DNA of 64,000 nucleotides from Chloroflexota bacterium (GTDB lineage Bacteria; Chloroflexota; Anaerolineae; JACRMK01): NCBI GenBank assembly GCA_016235055.1, contig JACRMK010000009.1, positions 24,435 to 88,434 of the forward strand, read 5' to 3'. Shown piece by piece: positions 8,398 to 15,182 of this stretch (position 1 is its first letter; each line of letters starts with the position of its first letter). The notes under the pieces were generated by a model. It saw only the letters and a program-made list of their open reading frames with translations, ran no database searches and was not told where the DNA came from. The position numbers and the translations under genes were made by a program.

Positions 8398-8609
8398 GCT
8401 ACCCCCTCGATAGCCTGTTCGAGGAGGTAGCCTTTGTCGCATATCATTTCCACTGGGACCTCGATGCGATTCTCGCGCTGACACACGGCGACCGCCAGCG
8501 CTTCATCGACGAGATATCCACGATCAACAGGCAGATGAACGAAACGCCGTCGCAGTCCAAGGGCATACCGCTTCAGGACCTGGTGTTTGGCACCGACTAC
8601 AATGCTTGA
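8340..8609 (+). CDS. -1 frame extension ORF (DUF6760-like small conserved domain), probably expressed as a frameshift fusion to 7999..8397
   Basis: The conserved-looking part starts at IVGYPLDSLFEEVAFVAYHFHWDLDAILALTHGDRQRFIDEISTINRQ, immediately after the slippery site. The only in-frame start is GTG 8340, 58 nt inside the upstream gene and without an RBS. Confidence 0.55.
   Translation: MPELRAHVPGGDQPGGGIVGYPLDSLFEEVAFVAYHFHWDLDAILALTHGDRQRFIDEISTINRQMNETPSQSKGIPLQDLVFGTDYNA
8385..8433 (+). promoter_or_regulatory. Candidate programmed -1 ribosomal frameshift signal (slippery heptamer + stem-loop)
   Basis: G_GGG_GGA at 8385-8391 is phased on the 0 frame (GCG GGG GGA TCG TAG), followed by a 4-nt spacer. 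The stem pairs 8396-8410 (aggctaccccctcga) with 8419-8433 (tcgaggaggtagcct), 14 of 15 positions, with an 8-nt loop. The 0-frame stop TAG at 8395-8397 sits at the stem base. Confidence 0.55.
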
Positions 8610-8859
8610 TCTTTCCGTGGTGATCGCACAGATGACGCAGGGGCAGCCGGCCGCGCCGATGACGCCGCTCGGCACCGGTGCGGCCGCCGCAGGGGAAGCC
8701 GCCGCCCCGGCGCAAGCGCCGGCCGGTGGTGCGCCTGCCTCCACTCCGACCGGCGGCGCCGCGGCCGCGCCGGTCGATGCGCGCGCCGTCGCCGACCGCG
8801 TGTATGAACTCATGCGCCGCGATCTGCTGGTACACCAAGAGCGAACCGGAGGACGTTAG
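8602..8859 (+). CDS. Small Ala/Gly/Pro-rich protein with C-terminal helical motif shared with the 716-aa DUF4157 protein
   Basis: ATG 8602 overlaps the upstream stop (AATGCTTGA). The ORF-track start is TTG 8587. The C-terminus VDARAVADRVYELMRRDLL aligns with NVDKIAQDVYELLKTRL at the end of 9334..11484. Confidence 0.5.
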   Translation: MLDLSVVIAQMTQGQPAAPMTPLGTGAAAAGEAAAPAQAPAGGAPASTPTGGAAAAPVDARAVADRVYELMRRDLLVHQERTGGR

Positions 8860-8861
8860 CG

Positions 8862-9305
8862 ATGCCATATTCGCGCGGTCCCGATCCATCACCATCATTC
8901 CGCTTTCACGTTGAAGTGCAGGGCCTGCAGGTGGCCCGCTTCTCAGAATGCTCCGGGCTTGAATTCGAGCAGGAGACGTTCGACTACAAAGAAGGCGGCT
9001 TGAACTCCCGCGTGCACCGGCTGCCCGGCCGCTTCAAGTTCACCAACGTCACGCTGAAGAAGGGCATCGCCACCGACGGCGAGCCGCTCTGGGAGTGGGT
9101 GCAGCAAACCGTCCACGGCCCGGTGGATCCGAAAACCGTGACCGTCACACTGTACGACCTGTCCGGCGAGAGCCCGTTGCGCGCGTGGACGTTCATCGAC
9201 GCGTACCCGGTCAAATGGAGCGCGTCGGCGCTCAACGCCGAGCAGAACGCGATCGCTATCGAGACGCTGGTGCTCGCGCACCAGGGCATGGACTTCGCCC
9301 AGTAG
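8862..9305 (+). CDS. Second tube-family protein (T4 gp19-like; Cis1b/Cis5-type tube or tube-initiator paralog)
   Basis: 147 aa. FRFHVEVQGLQVARFSECSGLEFEQETFDYKEGGLNSRVHRLPGRFKFTNVTLKKGI parallels the tube protein at 7500..7943. Confidence 0.8.
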   Translation: MPYSRGPDPSPSFRFHVEVQGLQVARFSECSGLEFEQETFDYKEGGLNSRVHRLPGRFKFTNVTLKKGIATDGEPLWEWVQQTVHGPVDPKTVTVTLYDLSGESPLRAWTFIDAYPVKWSASALNAEQNAIAIETLVLAHQGMDFAQ

Positions 9306-9333
9306 AGTCAACGGGCCAATCGATTCGCAGACC

Positions 9334-11484
9334 ATGGCAACCCGCACCATACTGACGCCCGGTTGGGCATCGCGCACGCCAATCACGGTCGCGCAGACCG
9401 CGCGCGCACCGATGGCGCTCGCGGCGCTGCGCCCGCTGGCGATCAGCCGCCTCGCGGCCATCGACCACATGGCGATCGGGCATTGGCGCTACACGACGTC
9501 GCTGGCGCGGCCGTGGTATCAGACGGCGCGCATCGACCCGTGGTTCGGGCTGTCCACCCACTACGCCTTCCGGTCGCGCCGCCGGCGCGATGCAGAGGCC
9601 GAACACGCCGTTTCGCGCCGGCCGGTCGTTCAGCGTTCAGCCAGCATACAGACCGAGTCCACAGAGACCGTGTGGCCCGATTGGGCTGATGAACCGCTGG
9701 CGCAAAGCGACGCGCCTGAGCTCTTCGAATCGCTTGGCGATGAACCGCAAGCGGCGATTGCGTCGACGGCCGGCGACTTCGTGCCGGTCAGCCTGCCGGC
9801 GGCATGGACGGTTGCCCAGAGTGGCGCGCAGGCGCGCACGGCATCGGGGCGGACGGTCGTGGCGCGTGCGCGGCTCAGCCGCGCCGTCGGCGATTCACCT
9901 GGCGAGCTTGGCACGCCCAATACGGCGCGGCCGATCGAGGCGACGGCAACGCCAAGCGAGGAACCTCGCACGGCTGAACAACCGACCGCAGCGTCGTCAG
10001 CCGCAGCCTCCGCCCCGATGATGACCGCAGACGAACGACCTGTCGCGCGACGTACACCGGGCAGTGAGCCGCCCGCGCTGGCAGCGCCAGCGCCTGGTGT
10101 AGCCGCACCAGCACAGGTACGGCCAACGCCGCCGCCCTGGCCTTTTAGCGTGGTCACGCCGGCGATAACATACGCGGCTGGCGGGTTCACTGCAACTGTC
10201 GATGCTGCGCCGCGGTCGTTTGCAATCGCTGCGCCGCTCGTCGTGCGCCGCGTGGCGCGACCGGCGGCCGCGCAAACAACGGCCCGTCAGGCGAGTCCAA
10301 CATTGCCTCCCATAGGAGAAGAGCATCCGGCTCCTTCGGCGCAGACCATTCTCGAACCGATAACAATCGCGCGGCCCGTCGAGAGCATGATCGCCAAAGT
10401 GCCGCCAACGGAGCTTATGCTGGCTGCCGAGTCGAACGCCGCAGTGCGCGGCACGGAACCCCCAAGTCAGCCGGTGATTGAACAGGCGGCAGCCGCCATG
10501 CCTGCCCACACCGTGCACCGATCCGTTCGGCGCACCACAGCGTCCGCGGTGCAGTCAGGCAGCCTGATGGCAAACACAACGGACGCGCCCGCACGCCCGG
10601 TCAACGCCGTATCCGCACAATTGGCGCGGGACTGGCCGGTGCTCGCTGCAGTTCAACGGATGCTGTCGCCGTTGACCGAAGCGGCGCTCCCGGTCGAATC
10701 GGCGGCCGAGCGTGTGGTACGTGGCTTGCCCGCCGCACGGCGGCAGGCGGCGCTGGCGGGCGTGTCGGACCTGCCCAGCATGGGCGGCGGCACGCCGATA
10801 CCCATCGAGGTGCGGCGGCCGATGGAGATACTGGCTGGCCGTGAACTTTCGGGGGTACGGCTGTACACGTCGGCAGTTGCTGCCGAGCTGGGTGCCGAAG
10901 CGTTTACCACCGGCGAGCGGGTGGTCTTCGCGCCGGGCCGGCTCGATCTGCGCAGCACGCGCGGGCTCGCGCTGGTCGCGCACGAACTGGCACACGTCGG
11001 GCAGGCGCTCGCTTTCCGCGAAGAAGGACAGCCGACGGCGACGGACGCAGGCGAACAGACGGCGCGCCAGCAGGAAGAACAGGTCACGCGTATCATTGAG
11101 CAGGGTTGGCCGCAGGCCCCGCGCATGGAAGTGCTCGATGCCGCCCGCGCACTGGGTCGGCTTGCACAAAGCGGTGGCGGTCCAGCCGGAGGCCAGCCGC
11201 CGGCTGGCACAGGCGGCGCTCCCGCGGCGCAGGCAGGCGGTGGTAGCGCGGCGGCTGCACAGGGACCGGCGGCCGGCGGGCAAGCTTCGGCGGCCGGCGG
11301 TGGTGCGGCGCCTGCGGGTGGTGGCGGCGGATCGGACGGCGCAAGCGGCAGCGGTGGGGGTAGTAGTGGCAGCGCTCCGGGCGGAGCAGCGCCTGCCACC
11401 AACGTTGACAAGATCGCTCAGGATGTATATGAGCTGTTGAAAACGCGTTTGCGTGGCGAGTTGACGCGGCATTCGATCTATTAG
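9334..11484 (+). CDS. Long low-complexity protein with embedded DUF4157/HExxH domain, in the tape-measure position
   Basis: 716 aa, Ala/Pro-rich. DUF4157-like block LSGVRLYTSAVAAELGAEAFTTGERVVFAPGRLDLRSTRGLALVAHELAHVGQ. A Gly/Ala-rich tract is followed by the terminal NVDKIAQDVYELLKTRLRGELTRHSIY. The start codon is uncertain because there is no clear RBS. Confidence 0.6.
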   Translation: MATRTILTPGWASRTPITVAQTARAPMALAALRPLAISRLAAIDHMAIGHWRYTTSLARPWYQTARIDPWFGLSTHYAFRSRRRRDAEAEHAVSRRPVVQRSASIQTESTETVWPDWADEPLAQSDAPELFESLGDEPQAAIASTAGDFVPVSLPAAWTVAQSGAQARTASGRTVVARARLSRAVGDSPGELGTPNTARPIEATATPSEEPRTAEQPTAASSAAASAPMMTADERPVARRTPGSEPPALAAPAPGVAAPAQVRPTPPPWPFSVVTPAITYAAGGFTATVDAAPRSFAIAAPLVVRRVARPAAAQTTARQASPTLPPIGEEHPAPSAQTILEPITIARPVESMIAKVPPTELMLAAESNAAVRGTEPPSQPVIEQAAAAMPAHTVHRSVRRTTASAVQSGSLMANTTDAPARPVNAVSAQLARDWPVLAAVQRMLSPLTEAALPVESAAERVVRGLPAARRQAALAGVSDLPSMGGGTPIPIEVRRPMEILAGRELSGVRLYTSAVAAELGAEAFTTGERVVFAPGRLDLRSTRGLALVAHELAHVGQALAFREEGQPTATDAGEQTARQQEEQVTRIIEQGWPQAPRMEVLDAARALGRLAQSGGGPAGGQPPAGTGGAPAAQAGGGSAAAAQGPAAGGQASAAGGGAAPAGGGGGSDGASGSGGGSSGSAPGGAAPATNVDKIAQDVYELLKTRLRGELTRHSIY

Positions 11485-12002
11485 AGCGCGAGCGGCGGCG
11501 GAACAATCCGGCACGGGAGCCAAGGCGTCATGCGAGTTGACGCTCGCCGCTGCAGCAATCAGTGATTCCACTTGATGCTGTTGCAAATGGAAGCGTCATG
11601 CTGAGAAGCCCATGCAGCGCGCGGCATGCCATGCGGCATGAGGTTTGTTGTAGAGGCCGGGCTTGCCCCGACCCAGCACCGGGCGCCGCAAGGGTCGCCC
11701 CTATGAGCAATACCGCGAACGTCGTGAGCAGCGCGGAGGCAAGGTCGTTATCAGCCAGATCGCTACGCGCGCGAAGCACCCAGGCTGGAGCAGTTGAAGT
11801 GCTATGCGCGGCAAGTCACCAACAGGCCCCTACTGCAGCCTTCGAGCTTCATCCTGTGCCCGCCACAAAGCCGGCGGACGTCGCGCCATAGGCGGGACGC
11901 GCACAGGCCATGCAAGACAGGCAAGGGGCGCTCGCCAGGCCGTACAGTATACGTGCTGTCACGTGAAAACCAGGCTGCACGAGAACCGATGAGGCATTCG
12001 GC

Positions 12003-12947
12003 ATGACCAATCCCAATTCACCCGGTGATGGCGGCACGCCGCCCGCCACTCCTTCCGGGAGCGATGCGCCGCAGCCGGCGCCCGATGGCGGCGCTCCGGC
12101 GGCTGCGCCAGGTAGCAGCCCACCGTCCGGTGGTAGCCCCGATGGCGGCGCCAGTCCAGACGGTGGCGCACCACCCGGTGGCAGTGGGCCGCCTTCTGCC
12201 GGTCCCGATGGCGAGCCGCCCGCCGATGCGCCGGAGGAAGAGTCACCAGGCGCGCCGCCCGGTGAAGGCGGCCCGGTACAGCGCGGGCGCATCGTGGCGC
12301 AAGAGGGTTCGCTCAAGGACTCGTCGGTTGAGTTCATGTTCAACCCGAGCGAATACACACTCTCCAAGGCCAACAAATGGGAGATGAAGGGCAACAAAAG
12401 CGCGAACGTCCCCAAGTGGGAGTTTGGCGGCGGCGACCCGCGCGCGCTTCAGATGGAACTGTTCTTCGACGCCACGATGCCAAGCGATGACGTGCAGATC
12501 GAAGACGTGCGCCGGCGCACCAACCAATTGTTCAAGTTCATGATGATCGACCCGCAGCTCAAGGGACAGAGCAAGAACAGCAAGATGGGCCAGCCGCCCA
12601 AGTGCCGCCTGTTCTGGGGCAAGGATACGAAGAACTACTTTGACTGCTACATCACCAGTTGCCAGATCAAGTACACGTTCTTCGATCCGAGCGGCCTGCC
12701 GGTGCGCGCCAGCGCGACGCTACAGATGAAAGAGGTGCAAGACCCTGAGAACCTCGAGGGCACGAACCCAACCTCGATCGGTGAACCGGGACGCCGTGTG
12801 CGCGTGGTGCAGGAGGGCGACCGGCTCGACTGGATCGCCTACCAGGAATACGGTGACGCCAGCCAGTGGCGGCGGATCGCCGAGGCCAACGGCATTCACG
12901 ATCCGCTGGAACTGCGGCCCGGCATGATGCTGGCCATCCCGCAATGA
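12003..12947 (+). CDS. LysM-containing baseplate/tube-initiator protein (Afp7/Cis7, P2 gpX-like) with Pro/Gly/Asp-rich N-terminal extension
   Basis: C-terminal LysM GDRLDWIAYQEYGDASQWRRIAEANGIHDPLELRPGMMLAIPQ. Central tube-like fold signature VEFMFNPSEYTLSKANKWE..PKWEFGGGDPRALQMELFFD. The first ~95 aa carry PDGG-type repeats. Confidence 0.8.
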   Translation: MTNPNSPGDGGTPPATPSGSDAPQPAPDGGAPAAAPGSSPPSGGSPDGGASPDGGAPPGGSGPPSAGPDGEPPADAPEEESPGAPPGEGGPVQRGRIVAQEGSLKDSSVEFMFNPSEYTLSKANKWEMKGNKSANVPKWEFGGGDPRALQMELFFDATMPSDDVQIEDVRRRTNQLFKFMMIDPQLKGQSKNSKMGQPPKCRLFWGKDTKNYFDCYITSCQIKYTFFDPSGLPVRASATLQMKEVQDPENLEGTNPTSIGEPGRRVRVVQEGDRLDWIAYQEYGDASQWRRIAEANGIHDPLELRPGMMLAIPQ

Positions 12948-12959
12948 GCATGACAGACC

Positions 12960-14747
12960 ATGCCTGAAGAACGACAGAACGTCTCGCCGATCTCGATCAA
13001 GGTTGAAGGATCGCCCATCAGCGAGGACATGATCGGCGATCTGCAGGAGGTGAAGGTGGATCACAGCCTGCACCTGCCGAGCATGTTCACGCTGCACCTG
13101 GGCAACCACGACATGAAGTGGCTGGAGGACGCCACGCTGCGCGAGGGCAAGAAAGTTGAGATCTCGTACGGCGAGAACCCGGCGAAGAAGCTGCTGCTCG
13201 GCAAGATCGCCGCACTCGAGCCGGATCTGAACGAAGCGTCGCCGACGCTCGTCGTGCGCGGGTATGATCTCTCGCACGCGCTGTATCGCGGGCGCAAGCG
13301 GCGCGCGTTCACCAACATGAAAGATTCCGACATCGTGAAGCAGTTGGCGCGCGAGGCGGCGCTGAACCCCAGCGACGTCGACGAGACGTCGGAAATCCAT
13401 CCGTATGTCTACCAGAACAACCAGACTAACGCCGACTTCCTGTGGGAGCGCGCCGCGCGCGTCGGTTACGAGATGTGGGTTGACGACGACAAGCTGCATT
13501 TTCACGCCACACGCACATCGGGCACTCCCGTGCGCGTTGAATGGGGCTCCAGCCTGCGCTCGTTCCGCCCGCGCCTGAGCACCAGCGAGCAGGTCAACGA
13601 GGTCGAGGTGCGCGGCTGGAACCCGAAGACCAAGGAGCAGGTTGTCGGGCGCGCCACGCGCGGTCAGGGTGCGCCGCAGATCGGCATCAGCCAGCCGGGC
13701 GCGGAAGTCGCCCAGCAAGCGTGGGGCGAGGCAAAGTACGCCGTCGTCGACGAGTTTGTGCGCTCGGCATCCGAAGCCGAGAAAATGGCGCAGGCGCTGC
13801 TTGATGAGATGGCGGCCTCCTTTGTGGAGGCCGACGGCGCAGTCGATGGCAACGCCGATATCAAGGCCGGCAAACAGGTCGAAGTGGCTGGCGTGGGTCA
13901 GCGCTTCAACGGCACATACTACGTCACCCAGGCAACGCACCACTGGACGAAGGACCAGGGCCTCAAGACGCATTTCGCAATCAGCGGCAAGCGTGATCGC
14001 GGGTTCGCCAGCCTGATTCAAGACGTCGTGCCGCCCGCATCCAACGCGGCGATGAATCTGGCGATCGGCATCGTCACCGACAACAAAGACCCGGAGGAGA
14101 TGGGCCGCGTGCGCGTGAAGCTGCCATTCCTGTCCGAAAGCGACGTCAGTGCCTGGGCGCGCGTGGCCACACCGATGGCCGGCGACGGCCGCGGGTTCAT
14201 GTACCTGCCCGAGGTGGACGACGAGGTGCTGATCGGCTTCGAGCACGGCGACATACACCGGCCGTTCGTGATCGGCGGGCTCTGGAACGGCAAGGACAAG
14301 TTGCCGATGAACGCCAGCGAGGCGGTCGGCGGCGACGGCAAGGTCAACAAGCGCGTGCTGAAGTCGCGCAGCGGGCACACGATCACGCTGGACGACACGG
14401 AGGGCAGCGAGGCGATCAGCATCGTTGACAAGACCGGCAATAACAAGATCGTCATGAAGTCGTCGGACAACTCAATGGAAATCAAGGTGGATGGCGACCT
14501 GAAGATCGAGTCCAAGGGCAAGATTACATTCAAGGCGATGCAGGGCATGGACATGAACAGCCAGACCGACTTCAAGATTGCCGGCACCAGCGGCGTTGAC
14601 ATGAGCTCGCAGGCGCAGTTGAAACTGAGCGGCAGCGCCGGCGCCGAAATCAGCAGCCCGGCCCAGACGAAGATTAGCGGGTCGATGGTGGACATTAGCG
14701 GCTCGGCAACCGTTCAAGTCACCGGCGGCTTGATCAAGCTGAACTAG
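12960..14747 (+). CDS. VgrG-like spike (phage late control gpD + gp5 OB-fold + C-terminal beta-helix; Cis8/Afp8-like)
   Basis: gpD-like N-terminal half. GIVTDNKDPEEMGRVRVKLPFLSE...WARVATPMAGDGRGFMYLPEVDDEVLIGFEHGDIHRPFVIGGLWNG. C-terminal repetitive beta-helix KIESKGKITFKAMQGMDMNSQTDFKIAGTSGVDMSSQAQLKLSGSAGAEISS. Confidence 0.9.
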   Translation: MPEERQNVSPISIKVEGSPISEDMIGDLQEVKVDHSLHLPSMFTLHLGNHDMKWLEDATLREGKKVEISYGENPAKKLLLGKIAALEPDLNEASPTLVVRGYDLSHALYRGRKRRAFTNMKDSDIVKQLAREAALNPSDVDETSEIHPYVYQNNQTNADFLWERAARVGYEMWVDDDKLHFHATRTSGTPVRVEWGSSLRSFRPRLSTSEQVNEVEVRGWNPKTKEQVVGRATRGQGAPQIGISQPGAEVAQQAWGEAKYAVVDEFVRSASEAEKMAQALLDEMAASFVEADGAVDGNADIKAGKQVEVAGVGQRFNGTYYVTQATHHWTKDQGLKTHFAISGKRDRGFASLIQDVVPPASNAAMNLAIGIVTDNKDPEEMGRVRVKLPFLSESDVSAWARVATPMAGDGRGFMYLPEVDDEVLIGFEHGDIHRPFVIGGLWNGKDKLPMNASEAVGGDGKVNKRVLKSRSGHTITLDDTEGSEAISIVDKTGNNKIVMKSSDNSMEIKVDGDLKIESKGKITFKAMQGMDMNSQTDFKIAGTSGVDMSSQAQLKLSGSAGAEISSPAQTKISGSMVDISGSATVQVTGGLIKLN

Positions 14748-14764
14748 ATCGACCGGGAGCATTC

Positions 14765-15166
14765 GTGACCAACAAGCGTGATTTCATCGGCGCCGGCTGG
14801 GCTTTCCCGCCGCGGCCGGACGGTCGCGGCGGCATCGCCACCGCCTCCGATGACGAAAAGATCAAGCAGGCGATTTGGATCATTCTCGGCACGCCGATCG
14901 GCCAGCGCGTCATGCGCCCGACATTCGGCAGCCGCCTGCACGAACTGGTCTTCGCCCCGCTCAACGCCGAGACGATGGGCATGGCCGAGATGTTCGTCAT
15001 CGACGCGCTCAAGTTCTGGGAGCCGCGCATCGAGGTGACCGACGTCGTCGCGCGCACCGACCGGCGGAAGCCGGCCATGCTGCTGATTGACGTGCAGTAC
15101 AGCATCAAAGCCACACACGACCAGCGCAGCCTGGTCTATCCGTTCTATCGCATTCCGGGTGAATAA
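14765..15166 (+). CDS. Baseplate wedge protein gp25/GPW-like (Cis9)
   Basis: GTG start. GAGWAFPPRPDGRGGIATASDDEKIKQAIWIILGTPIGQRVMRPTFGSRLHELVF is a GPW_gp25 lysozyme-like fold pattern. Confidence 0.85.
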   Translation: MTNKRDFIGAGWAFPPRPDGRGGIATASDDEKIKQAIWIILGTPIGQRVMRPTFGSRLHELVFAPLNAETMGMAEMFVIDALKFWEPRIEVTDVVARTDRRKPAMLLIDVQYSIKATHDQRSLVYPFYRIPGE

Positions 15167-15182
15167 CGGTTACGGAGTCAAC

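Noticed and set aside
11528-11891. ORFs inside the 519-bp spacer (11528..11779 minus strand with a hydrophobic stretch; 11562..11891 plus strand), considered as a missing PAAR or small CIS gene.
   Set aside because: They have no RBS, non-ATG or unsupported starts, and Arg/Ala/Ser-rich composition. The apparently hydrophobic segment derives from the GC-rich repeat-like sequence. There is no PAAR-like Gly/Ala-Ala-Arg repeat pattern.
11959-11966. Perfect 8-bp palindrome TCACGTGA just upstream of the LysM gene, considered as an operator.
   Set aside because: An 8-bp perfect palindrome is expected about once per 256 positions, so one or two in a 519-bp spacer is chance level. There is no second copy or flanking symmetry.
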